Origin: Vicinamibacterales bacterium
GTDB lineage: Bacteria; Acidobacteriota; Vicinamibacteria; Vicinamibacterales; UBA2999
Length of the DNA stretch: 64,000 nt
NCBI GenBank assembly: GCA_036802945.1
Contig: DAIRVG010000009.1
Location: 18,253-82,252 of the forward strand
Direction: 5' to 3'
Below, one piece after another: positions 47,563 to 56,370 of the stretch. The stretch's first letter is position 1. Every line of letters begins with the position of its first letter. The notes under the pieces were generated by a model. It was not told the DNA's origin, ran no database searches, and saw nothing but the letters and a program-made list of their open reading frames with translations. The translations under genes and the position numbers were made by a program.

Positions 47563-48120
47563 ATGTTTTTGCGCAAATCACGCGTCGAGCCGCTGCCTGT
47601 GACAATGAGCGCGGTGCGCATGGGCGAACGCCTGCTGCAGATCGGCATAGACGATCCCGGACTTGCAAGCGCCCTTGCCGCGAAGGTCGGTCTCAGCGGT
47701 AACGCGGCGATAGTTGTGACCGACAACGCGGACGCGGCACGCGCGCGCGCAGCGGCGGCGAGCGCAGGCGTGCTGGTCGACGTGCAGGTGACGCCGCTCG
47801 CGACGCTGCCGTTCGAGAGCGGCGCGTTTGATCTCGTGATCGCCCACAGCATGCGTGGACTCGTGTCGTCACTCGACACGAACGCACGAACGGCGGCGTT
47901 GCGTGAATGGCATCGCGTGCTGCGAACGGGCGGCCGCGTAATGACGATCGAAGCCGGCGCCGCCGGCGGCCTGAGGGGTCTGCTGCGACAACCGCACCCC
48001 GACGATGCGTACGCGGTGTCTGGCGGGGTGGTCGGCGCGCTCGAGGCGGCGGGCTTTCGACCGGTTCGGGTCCTCGCGGAACGCGAGGGTTACAGGTTCG
48101 CGGAAGGCATCAAAGCATAA
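47563..48120 (+). CDS. Methyltransferase-fold protein with degenerate SAM motif I
   Basis: FDLVIAHSM...WHRVLRTGGRVMTIE are Methyltransf_11-like post-I motifs. Motif I reads LLQIGIDDPG rather than the usual xLDxGCGxG. Confidence 0.6.
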   Translation: MFLRKSRVEPLPVTMSAVRMGERLLQIGIDDPGLASALAAKVGLSGNAAIVVTDNADAARARAAAASAGVLVDVQVTPLATLPFESGAFDLVIAHSMRGLVSSLDTNARTAALREWHRVLRTGGRVMTIEAGAAGGLRGLLRQPHPDDAYAVSGGVVGALEAAGFRPVRVLAEREGYRFAEGIKA

Positions 48121-48249
48121 ACCCGCCGTCGGCTGAGGACAGCCCAACCGTCCAACCGAGGGCACAATCGATCGCCTTTGCGGCATTATCCGGCCTGAAT
48201 TATCCGTCGCAATGAGGCAAGGCTTTTGCCTTGAGCCACCTTACCTTCA

Positions 48250-49332
48250 ATGTCCCAGGTTCCCCCCGATGAAGTCTTCACGACTACAGAGGTCGCCAGA
48301 GCCGCCGGCGTCCCGTTGGATGCCGTCCGCACGCTGATCGCAGCCGGCCACCTGAAGGTCATACCCGGGACCCGCTTTGTCACCTTGAGGGATGCGGCGA
48401 AGGCGGGCGGGCGCCTGCGCGAGGCAGCGGTGGCTTTGCAGGCACGTCCTGCGCACGCTCTTTTTACACCGAACACGACACGGCGCGATGCAAGGGATCC
48501 CGCAGTCGTTTCCTTCGTCGCCCACGTCGCCCTCGTAACGCTGGCCGTTTGGCTGTCGATGGGCCGGATCGAGACTGCGGCACTTGATGACACCGTCCGC
48601 GACGAGACGCACCTCGTTTTTCTCCTGAGCCCGGGACCGGGTGGAGGCGGGGGCGGCGGCGGCCTGCGTCAGCCTCGACCGGCCCCAAAGCTTGCGCGCC
48701 GTGGCGAAAGCCGCCTGCAAGTGTCCGTTCCTCCGGTCACCGAGAAACCAGTGATCACGACTGCGAGCGATGAATCGCCGAAGCCAACGCCCGCTGAGCC
48801 GGTCATTCAACCGCCGCCTGCCCCAGCGCCTGAGCCGGAGCCTGCAAAGGTGATCGTGGCGCCTGTGGAAACGGTGGCCTCGAACGATCGCGACCGCGAA
48901 GGCGTAATCGAGCACGCGGCCGACGGCCCGGACAGTCACGGCCCCGGAACGGGGGGCGGTGTCGGCCCGGGCCAGGGCATGGGTAACGGTCGGGGCCTTG
49001 GTTCAGGGATCGACGATGGTGAAGGTGGCGGCACCGGCGGCGGGCCGTATCGGCCAGGGAGTGGCATTTCGCCGCCTCGACTCCTTCGCGAGGTCAAGGC
49101 CGAGTACACGGAAGACGCACGGCGTCGCAACATCACGGGCGACGTGCTGCTGGAGATCGTCATCCGTCGCGACGGCACGGTGGGCACCGTTCGCGTGCTC
49201 CACGGCCTTGGCGGCGGTCTCGATGAGCGCGCCACCTACGCCGTGCGGCAATGGCGCTTCGATCCGGCGCGTCGCAAGGGCATCCCGGTGGACGTCCTGG
49301 TCGAAGTGGCTGTCGAATTTACGCTGCGTTAA
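48250..49332 (+). CDS. HTH-TM-Pro/Gly-rich linker-TonB_C fusion protein
   Basis: N-terminal FTTTEVARAAGVPLDAVRTLIAAGHL is an excisionase/MerR-like HTH. TM segment AVVSFVAHVALVTLAVWL. Pro-rich PAEPVIQPPPAPAPEPEP linker. C-terminal TonB domain AEYTEDARRRNITGDVLLEIVIRRDGTVGTVRVLHGLGGGLDERATYAVRQWRFDPA. Confidence 0.8.
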   Translation: MSQVPPDEVFTTTEVARAAGVPLDAVRTLIAAGHLKVIPGTRFVTLRDAAKAGGRLREAAVALQARPAHALFTPNTTRRDARDPAVVSFVAHVALVTLAVWLSMGRIETAALDDTVRDETHLVFLLSPGPGGGGGGGGLRQPRPAPKLARRGESRLQVSVPPVTEKPVITTASDESPKPTPAEPVIQPPPAPAPEPEPAKVIVAPVETVASNDRDREGVIEHAADGPDSHGPGTGGGVGPGQGMGNGRGLGSGIDDGEGGGTGGGPYRPGSGISPPRLLREVKAEYTEDARRRNITGDVLLEIVIRRDGTVGTVRVLHGLGGGLDERATYAVRQWRFDPARRKGIPVDVLVEVAVEFTLR

Positions 49333-49344
49333 CGGAGCGAATTC

Positions 49345-50040
49345 ATGGATGTTGTGCTACTGATTGTCACCACCTTGTCGCTTGCGGCGGCCGTCGGCTT
49401 TGGCGCTCTGTCCTGGCGGATTGGCCGTGAAGAGCGGGAACGCGCGACGGCGCGGATCGCCGTCCTTTCGACCGCCATGGACCCCCCTTCGCCCAGGGCT
49501 GCGACGGGCCAAGCTACCTCGACAACGTCGGCAGCCGCCGGACCGCGAGTTGCCGTAGGATCGGTGTTCGACAGGGGCAACGAAGGCATCCATGGCCGTC
49601 CGCTGATCAGGGTCGCGGTCGGCGCCGTCATGACGCTCGCGATCGTGATTGGTGCGATCATTGGCGCGCGGAGCAGCGGCGGATCGGCGTCCGACGTGAG
49701 CAGCGTTCGGCCGCTCGAACTGGTCTCGATGCGCCATCAGCGCGAGGGCACGACGCTGACGGTATCGGGGCTGGTTCACAACCCCGCAGCCGGCGCGGCC
49801 GTGAATGGAGTGACCGCGGTGGTGTTTGCATTCGACCGTAACGGAGGGTTCGTCGCCAGCGGTCGAGCGCCCCTCGAGTTCAGCTCGCTTGCGCCCGGCG
49901 ACGAGTCGCCGTTCGTGGTGTCGGTGCCCAATGTGTCAGATGTCGCTCGCTACCGCGTGAGCTTCCGGACGGGCCATGGGGTCGTGCGACACGTCGATCG
50001 TCGCGGCAATCAGGTACAACTCGCACAGGCTGTGAGGTAG
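49345..50040 (+). CDS. Membrane-anchored hypothetical protein (DUF3426-like C-terminal beta domain)
   Basis: Two TM segments. The C-terminal LTVSGLVHNPAAGAAVNGVTAVVFAFDRNGGFVASGRAPLEFSSLAPGDESPFVVSV pattern resembles DUF3426. This is a recollection, not a search result. Confidence 0.55.
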   Translation: MDVVLLIVTTLSLAAAVGFGALSWRIGREERERATARIAVLSTAMDPPSPRAATGQATSTTSAAAGPRVAVGSVFDRGNEGIHGRPLIRVAVGAVMTLAIVIGAIIGARSSGGSASDVSSVRPLELVSMRHQREGTTLTVSGLVHNPAAGAAVNGVTAVVFAFDRNGGFVASGRAPLEFSSLAPGDESPFVVSVPNVSDVARYRVSFRTGHGVVRHVDRRGNQVQLAQAVR

Positions 50041-50044
50041 TTCG

Positions 50045-51133
50045 ATGCGCGCCATTCGCCTTCGCCTCGCGTTCCTATTGTCATTTGCGGCGGCCGCGGT
50101 TGCGGCGGTCGGCGCCCAGACGTCCACGGGAGCCTCGTCGCAGCAAGGCGACGAGGGCTTCCGCTTCAAGAGCGGTGTCGAGCTCGTCAACGTGACCGCC
50201 ACGGTCAGCGACCAGGACGGCCACTTCGTGTCCGGCCTCACCAAAGATGACTTCACGGTGTACGAGGACGGTCAGCGACAGGAAATTACCAACTTCAGCA
50301 ATGAACGCGTGCCTGTCAGCCTCGGGATCCTGCTCGACACCAGCGGCAGCATGACACCCGACAAGATGTCGGCGGCGCGCAGCGCCATCGATCGCTTCAT
50401 CTACGATCTGTTAGGCAAAGACGACGAGCTGTTCTTCGTGCAGTTCGCCAGCGTGCCCGATCTACTGCAGGGATGGACTTACGACCGCCGCGCGATCAGC
50501 CGCGCCGTCGGTGAAACAACCGCCGCCGGCGGAACCGCCATGTACGACGCCATTGCGCGCGCACTTCCGATCGCCGCCGACGGTCGCAACCAGAAGAAAG
50601 CGCTGCTCGTGATCTCCGACGGCAACGACACCAACAGCCGGACGACCGTTGGCCAGCTGCGAAACCTGATTCGCGAGAGCGAAGTGATGGTGTACGCGCT
50701 CGGCGTCGACGGCACCGCGGTCAGCACCTACGCCCCTCAGCCTCGCCGCCCGACCACGCCTCGGTTCCCCATCCCGATTCCTGGTGGCCGCGGGCGTTTT
50801 CCCGGCGGGCGCTTCCCGCTGGGTCCGCAGCTGGCGCCGCAGATCCAGTTTCCGCCGATCGGCGGAGGCAGCTGGGGCCGGAGCGGCAGCGAACGGGTGA
50901 ACGAAGACGCGCTCCGGGCGGTCACGGACGATACGGGAGGCCGGACCGAAATCGTCCGCGGCTTCGGCGATCTCAATGCGGCAACCGAGCACATCGCCGA
51001 CGAATTGAGTAAGCAGTACTACATTGGCTACAACAGCGCCGGACAGAAAGATGGGCGCTGGCACGCCATCAGGGTGGAGATCAAGGACCGTCGCCTGCAG
51101 GTTCGCGCGCGCCGGGGATACGTCGCTTCATAA
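50045..51133 (+). CDS. VWA-domain protein of the VWFA-related acidobacterial type
   Basis: Signal peptide, then FRFKSGVELVNVTATVSDQDGHFVSGLTKDDFTVYEDGQRQEITNF, followed by LLDTSGSM (MIDAS DxSxS). Confidence 0.85.
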   Translation: MRAIRLRLAFLLSFAAAAVAAVGAQTSTGASSQQGDEGFRFKSGVELVNVTATVSDQDGHFVSGLTKDDFTVYEDGQRQEITNFSNERVPVSLGILLDTSGSMTPDKMSAARSAIDRFIYDLLGKDDELFFVQFASVPDLLQGWTYDRRAISRAVGETTAAGGTAMYDAIARALPIAADGRNQKKALLVISDGNDTNSRTTVGQLRNLIRESEVMVYALGVDGTAVSTYAPQPRRPTTPRFPIPIPGGRGRFPGGRFPLGPQLAPQIQFPPIGGGSWGRSGSERVNEDALRAVTDDTGGRTEIVRGFGDLNAATEHIADELSKQYYIGYNSAGQKDGRWHAIRVEIKDRRLQVRARRGYVAS

Positions 51134-51196
51134 GTCCCAAACCCCAAATCCAGAGGACACGGGCTATCATCCGAACTCGTGTCCTCCTTCTGGATT
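51133..51196. terminator. Heptamer half-element plus hairpin between the VWA and ZIP genes; overlaps the ZIP start codon
   Basis: agtcccaaaccccaaatcc is a half copy of the 42911 element. aatccagaggacacg (51147-51161) pairs with cgtgtcctccttctggatt (51178-51196) with a 4-nt bulge. The GTG start at 51179 lies in the 3' arm. Confidence 0.55.
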
Positions 51197-51910
51197 GCGC
51201 TCGGGCTCAGCCTCCTCGGCGGCCTGGGCGGCCTCCTTGTCGCCTCCGGCGTTCTCCTGATCCGCGATCCATTTCGCGCGAAGCTCATCCCGTGGCTGGT
51301 TAGTTACGCCGTCGGCGCGTTGCTCGGGATTTCGATGATGGGATTGCTCCCGGAATCGCTCGAATCGCTTCCAGCCGCCCGGGTGTTCGCGACGCTGCTC
51401 GGCGGCATCCTGCTCTTCTTCATTCTCGAGAAGCTCGTGCTCTGGCGGCACTGTCACACTCATGACTGCGAGGTGCACGAGAGCACCGTCGCGTCGGTGA
51501 TGATCGGCGACACGTTTCACAACTTCGTGGACGGCGCGGTCATCGCCGCCGCCGTCTTAACGTCGGTGCCGCTTGGCGTCAGTACCGCGGTCGCCGTCGC
51601 CGCGCACGAGATCCCGCAGGAGATTGGCGACTTTGCGATTCTCCTGCACGCCGGGTACTCGCGCCGGAAGGCGCTGTTGCTCAATGTGTTGTCCGCGCTG
51701 GCAAGCGCTGCTGGTGCGATTGCCGCCTTCATGGCGTTCGATATTGTTCCCCGGACCTTGCCGTACTTCCTCGTACTGGCAGCGTCGAGTTTTCTCTACG
51801 TCGCGATGGCAGACCTGATTCCAGGCCTGCATCGCGGCCGCACCGACGCCAGCTCGCTTCGGCAAATCATCCTGATTGCGCTCGGGATCGCCACCATGGT
51901 CCTCCTGTAG
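51179..51910 (+). CDS. ZIP-family divalent metal transporter (ZupT-like)
   Basis: Eight hydrophobic segments with HNFVDGAVIA and HEIPQEIGDF motifs characteristic of ZIP transporters. GTG start. Confidence 0.88.
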   Translation: MSSFWIALGLSLLGGLGGLLVASGVLLIRDPFRAKLIPWLVSYAVGALLGISMMGLLPESLESLPAARVFATLLGGILLFFILEKLVLWRHCHTHDCEVHESTVASVMIGDTFHNFVDGAVIAAAVLTSVPLGVSTAVAVAAHEIPQEIGDFAILLHAGYSRRKALLLNVLSALASAAGAIAAFMAFDIVPRTLPYFLVLAASSFLYVAMADLIPGLHRGRTDASSLRQIILIALGIATMVLL

Positions 51911-52089
51911 CTCGCGTCCTCTGATGACCTGTCCAGTGACGGGGACGCCCTCGTCAGGATCGTCAAAAACAGGCCTTATTTTTCAGATTTCGCGCTGGCA
52001 AACACCTTGCCTCATGAGAAAGTGCGTGCCCCGACCGGAGTGAACCGGTAGAGGCCGGATGAAGCTTCGCTTATGAGGAGGTCACCAAC

Positions 52090-52632
52090 ATGTTTGCCAG
52101 GTTTATTGCCGCAGTCACGGTTGTGCTCGCGCTGAGCGCGCCCGCGTGGGCGGCTGATCGGAAGGACTTGCAGGTCGCCCGCGATGTCTCGAAGCAGGTG
52201 CTGACCTATTCGCAGTTCTCGATCTTCGACGCCGTCCACATGCAAATCAACGACGGCACTGTCACGCTGACGGGTAAGGTTACGATGCCGTACAAGAAGA
52301 CCGACATCGAGAAACGCGTCGCGAAGATCGACGGCGTGAACCGTGTGATCAACCAGATTACGGTGCTGCCGGTGTCACAGTACGATGACGAGCTGCGCTT
52401 CCGGGTTGCCCGCGCGATCTATGGAAACTCGTCATTCTGGAACTATGGATCGATGGCCAACCCCCCGATCCACATCATCGTCGAGAACGGACACGTGACA
52501 CTCGACGGCGTCGTCAACAGTAATACTGACCGGATGCTTGCCCGGTCGCTTGCCACCGGGTTTGGCGCCTTCTCAGTGACCAACGATCTGAAGACCGACG
52601 CCGAGATGCAGCAGGAGCTCGAACATCTCTAA
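52090..52632 (+). CDS. Secreted tandem BON-domain protein (OsmY-like)
   Basis: Signal peptide MFARFIAAVTVVLALSAPAWA. Two BON-like units (VTLTGKVTMP..., VTLDGVVNSN...). RBS gaggagg. Confidence 0.8.
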   Translation: MFARFIAAVTVVLALSAPAWAADRKDLQVARDVSKQVLTYSQFSIFDAVHMQINDGTVTLTGKVTMPYKKTDIEKRVAKIDGVNRVINQITVLPVSQYDDELRFRVARAIYGNSSFWNYGSMANPPIHIIVENGHVTLDGVVNSNTDRMLARSLATGFGAFSVTNDLKTDAEMQQELEHL

Positions 52633-52646
52633 TGTGAACCCGATCT

Positions 52647-52733
52647 AACCACGAAGGAACGAAGGTCTCGAAGGTCACGAACCAACCCAAAATTGGATTC
52701 GTGATCTTCGTGATCTTCGTGAGTTTCGTGGTT
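52647..52733. repeat. Long inverted repeat built from CGAAGGNNN nonamers (ACCACGAAGG family); likely bidirectional terminator
   Basis: Left arm aaccacgaaggaacgaaggtctcgaaggtcacgaacc (52647-52684). Right arm ggattcgtgatcttcgtgatcttcgtgagtttcgtggtt (52695-52733). Lies between convergent genes. Confidence 0.8.
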
Positions 52734-52738
52734 GTTTC

Positions 52739-53482
52739 TTAGGAAGGGGACTCGGCGATCTCTGAGTCCCGGCCCCGGCGAGATACCCACCAAATCACGG
52801 CGGCGAACGTGAGGATCGCCGCCACAATCGTCGATCCAAACAACAACAGCGTGCGCGAGAGAATCGACTGCGTTTCCATCTGCACCTGGATGTCGATCGG
52901 CGTACCCTGAAGGCGATCTGTGAGCGCCTGCTCCCACTCGAGGATGTTTCCCCGTTGGGTTTCGTGTGATGGCGTGTTGTGATACGCGATCTTGCTCGGC
53001 ACGTGCAGCCGGAACGCGAGCAGCTCGCTGCCATCCCATCCGACGTCCCCGACGGCCTTTCCCGACGCGGGCGCACCAACGGTCTGTTTGAACTCGTACA
53101 GATCTCCATCGCGATCGAACCGGTAGGATGACCACGCGAAAGGTGCCAGCCTCTGAAGAGACCGGACATCAGCAACATCGATGCTGACGTGCACGAACCG
53201 GCGGCCGTGCCGGCGCGACGAGCTGACGGCCGTGAGCGTGGCGCCCGGCCCCTCATAGAACGCTCGCAGCCGATCACGATCGAAACGGGCGCGCGAGCTA
53301 ACGTTCAGGTCGATGCCCCGCAGCGCGACCAGTGCCGGCACCGAGGCGTTCACGCTCAGCGTCGCCGACCCGTCGAGCGACAGATAGAGCTCTTCCTCGT
53401 ACTCGTATTGCTTCTTCAGGACGCCACCACAGCCGGCAGCAGCAACAGCTGCGGCGAGCGCGATCACAACCCACGAACGCAT
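52739..53482 (-). CDS. Lipoprotein with C-terminal TM anchor, unknown function
   Basis: MRSWVVIALAAAVAAAGCGG is a lipobox. The C-terminus contains the hydrophobic segment LLLFGSTIVAAILTFAAVIWWV. Confidence 0.6.
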   Translation of the reverse strand: MRSWVVIALAAAVAAAGCGGVLKKQYEYEEELYLSLDGSATLSVNASVPALVALRGIDLNVSSRARFDRDRLRAFYEGPGATLTAVSSSRRHGRRFVHVSIDVADVRSLQRLAPFAWSSYRFDRDGDLYEFKQTVGAPASGKAVGDVGWDGSELLAFRLHVPSKIAYHNTPSHETQRGNILEWEQALTDRLQGTPIDIQVQMETQSILSRTLLLFGSTIVAAILTFAAVIWWVSRRGRDSEIAESPS

Positions 53483-53560
53483 CTACTCGAATGATATCCT
53501 TACGGAGGGCGAGTCCTTTTGGGCCCGCCGTAAAGCCCCGCAGCACCCCGACTCACCGAC

Positions 53561-56275
53561 ATGTCCCGGCCTACGCTCTTCCTGATCGACGGTAGTTCGC
53601 AGATGTACCGCGCGTATCACGCATTTCGCGGGAGGGGTCTGTCGAACCAGGAAGGGCAGACGACGCACGCGGTCTACGTGTTCGTTACGATGCTGCGAAA
53701 GCTCATTGCCGATCACAAGCCAGCCTACATCGCGGCGTCATTCGATCTTAAAGGACCTACGTTCCGCGATCGGATCGTGGACGACTACAAGGCGAATCGT
53801 GCCGCCATGCCGGATGACCTTGCCGAGCAGATCAACTGGGTCCATCAGGCGTGCGAAGCCCTTGGCGTCCCGATCGTTACCGCGGCGGGCTACGAGGCTG
53901 ACGATGTGATCGGCACGCTGGCGCGGCGTGCCGCGTCCGACGGCTTCGAGGTGGCGATCGTCTCGATCGACAAGGATTTCTTCCAGCTCGTGCACGACGG
54001 CATCCGCGTCTACGATCCGCGCGAGGACGGCGCCTGGTTCGATGCGCAGGGCGTCCTCGAGAAATTTGGCGTGCAGCCGTCGCAGGTGGTGGACGTGCTC
54101 GCGCTCGTGGGCGATACCAGCGACAACGTGGCGGGCGTCCCGGGAATCGGCAAGAAGGGGGCGATCGACCTGCTCACGCAGTACGGCAGCCTCGACGCGC
54201 TCCTTGACAAGGCCGGAGAACTGAAGCCGAAGCAGCGTGAGGCGCTCGTCGCACATCGAGCGGCGGCGCTGCAAAGCCGTGAGCTGGTGACGATCCGGAC
54301 CGACGTGCCGGTCGATGTCGACTTCGACGCATTGAAGTATCGCGGCGCTTCGCGCGAGCGCTGCTACGAGCTGTTCTCGCGCCTCGCCTTCCGCACGCTG
54401 GTCAACGAGTACGCGCCGACCGCGGACAGCGTCGAAAAAGATTATGCGCTCGTACGTACGCCGGAAGAGCTCGACGCGCTGATGTCCGAGCTGCGTACCG
54501 CGGGCGAATTCGCGCTGCGCGTGATCCCCACTGAGCCGTCGGCGATGCGGGCGGCCATTGTCGGCCTGGCGTTTTCGGTGCGCGATCGACAGGCTCGGTA
54601 CGTGCCGCTCGGCCATGAGGGGGGAGATTCGAACAACGACCTGCTGTCGGGTGCGAGCGCCCCGGCGCAGATCGCGCGCACGGCCGCCCTCGAGCAACTG
54701 CGGCCGTTGCTCGAGGATCCCTCGATCCGAAAGCTCGGGCACGATCTGAAATTCGACGCGCTGCTCCTCGCGCGTCACGGCATCGTGCTCGGGGGCCTCG
54801 AGTTCGATTCGATGCTTGCCAGCTACCTCCTCGATGCGACCCGGCCCGGTCATCCGCTCGAAGAATCGTCGCTCGAGCATCTTGGGTACAAAGCCCTGAC
54901 GGAAGAGGATGTGTGCGGCCGCGGCGCGAAGTCCGTCTCGTTCGCTCACGTATTGCCTGAAGCGTTCCTCACGTTTGCCGGCGAGCGCGCCGACCTCGCG
55001 CGTCAGCTGTCAAACAGGCTGGCGCCTCTACTCGTGACGGACCAGCTCCAGGAGGTGTATCGCGAGCTCGAGATGCCGCTGATCCCCGTTCTCGCCGATG
55101 TCGAGCGTGCCGGCATCCGGATTGACGGCCCGGCGCTAGCGGCGCAGTCGCAGCATATCGAGCAGGCGCTGGCCCAGCATACGGCCCGAATCTGGGAGCT
55201 TGCCGGCGAGCAGTTCAATGTGAACTCGCCGAAACAGCTCGGCGAGATCCTTTTCGAGAAGCTGAAACTACCCGCGCTGAAAAAGACTGGAAAAACACGC
55301 TCGGTGTCGACGGCCGCGGATGTGCTCGAGGAGCTTGCTCTCAACCATGAGTTGCCTCGCCTGGTGCTCGAGTGGCGCGGCCTGCACAAATTGAAGAGCA
55401 CGTATATCGACGCGCTCCCGCTGCTGGTGCATCCAGAAACCGGGCGCGTGCACACCTGCTTCAACCAGGCGATTGCCGCGACGGGCCGATTGAGCAGCTC
55501 CGATCCGAATCTGCAGAACATCCCGATCCGGACCGAGCTGGGACGCGAGATCCGCCGCGCCTTCATCGCCGCACCAGGCAACGTCCTGATCTCCGCGGAC
55601 TATTCGCAGATCGAGCTGCGTGTGCTCGCGCACATGGCCGGCGAAGAGTCGCTCATCGAAGCGTTTCGCAGCGGCGAGGACATTCACGACAGAACGGCCC
55701 TGAAACTATTCGGCGCCGACAGCGGACTCGACCGGCACGAGCTGCGCAGCCGTTCGAAGATGGTCAACTACGCGGTGCTGTACGGAAAAACGCCCTTCAC
55801 CCTTGCGAAGGACATCAATGTCACACAGGAAGCCGCACAGGAATTCATCGAGGCATACTTCAGGGGTTTTCCGCGCGTCCGTGCGTTCATCGACACCATG
55901 CTCGAAGACGCGCGCCAAACGGGCGTGGTGCGGACGATGTTCGGGCGCCGGCGGCTCGTGCCCAATCTGACAAGCCGGAATTTCCAGATGCGCGCCCAAT
56001 CGGAACGTGAGGCGGTCAACATGCCCATCCAGGGCACTGCCGCGGACATCCTGAAACGCGCGATGATCGACCTCCATGCCGCACTCGCGACGCAGCGGCT
56101 GCGCACGAGGATGATCCTGACCGTGCACGATGAGCTCTTGTTCGAGGCGCCGCTCGACGAAGCCGAAAGCGCTGCGGCGCTGGTGCGCGAGCGGATGGAA
56201 GGCGCCGTCACCCTCGACGTGCCGCTGACGGTGGACGTCGGCATCGCGGACAACTGGCGGGACGCTAAGCCTTGA
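53561..56275 (+). CDS. polA: DNA polymerase I
   Basis: 904 aa. 5' nuclease N-terminus LFLIDGSSQMYRAYHA. Polymerase motif A (ISADYSQIELRVLAH), motif B (RSRSKMVNYAVLYG) and motif C (VHDELLFE). Confidence 0.97.
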   Translation: MSRPTLFLIDGSSQMYRAYHAFRGRGLSNQEGQTTHAVYVFVTMLRKLIADHKPAYIAASFDLKGPTFRDRIVDDYKANRAAMPDDLAEQINWVHQACEALGVPIVTAAGYEADDVIGTLARRAASDGFEVAIVSIDKDFFQLVHDGIRVYDPREDGAWFDAQGVLEKFGVQPSQVVDVLALVGDTSDNVAGVPGIGKKGAIDLLTQYGSLDALLDKAGELKPKQREALVAHRAAALQSRELVTIRTDVPVDVDFDALKYRGASRERCYELFSRLAFRTLVNEYAPTADSVEKDYALVRTPEELDALMSELRTAGEFALRVIPTEPSAMRAAIVGLAFSVRDRQARYVPLGHEGGDSNNDLLSGASAPAQIARTAALEQLRPLLEDPSIRKLGHDLKFDALLLARHGIVLGGLEFDSMLASYLLDATRPGHPLEESSLEHLGYKALTEEDVCGRGAKSVSFAHVLPEAFLTFAGERADLARQLSNRLAPLLVTDQLQEVYRELEMPLIPVLADVERAGIRIDGPALAAQSQHIEQALAQHTARIWELAGEQFNVNSPKQLGEILFEKLKLPALKKTGKTRSVSTAADVLEELALNHELPRLVLEWRGLHKLKSTYIDALPLLVHPETGRVHTCFNQAIAATGRLSSSDPNLQNIPIRTELGREIRRAFIAAPGNVLISADYSQIELRVLAHMAGEESLIEAFRSGEDIHDRTALKLFGADSGLDRHELRSRSKMVNYAVLYGKTPFTLAKDINVTQEAAQEFIEAYFRGFPRVRAFIDTMLEDARQTGVVRTMFGRRRLVPNLTSRNFQMRAQSEREAVNMPIQGTAADILKRAMIDLHAALATQRLRTRMILTVHDELLFEAPLDEAESAAALVRERMEGAVTLDVPLTVDVGIADNWRDAKP

Positions 56276-56281
56276 GAGCCG

Positions 56282-56370
56282 GTAATTCAAAATGCAAAAT
56301 GCAAGAGGCAAACAGGACGTCGCCCGCAGTGCTTCAGTGTTTGGATTTTGAATTTTGCATTTCGCATTAC
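56282..56370. repeat. AT-rich imperfect inverted repeat (AAATGCAAAAT core) between polA and the convergent gene
   Basis: Left arm gtaattcaaaatgcaaaatgcaagaggcaaaca (56282-56314). Right arm tgtttggattttgaattttgcatttcgcattac (56338-56370). About three quarters of positions are complementary by my manual alignment. Confidence 0.65.
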
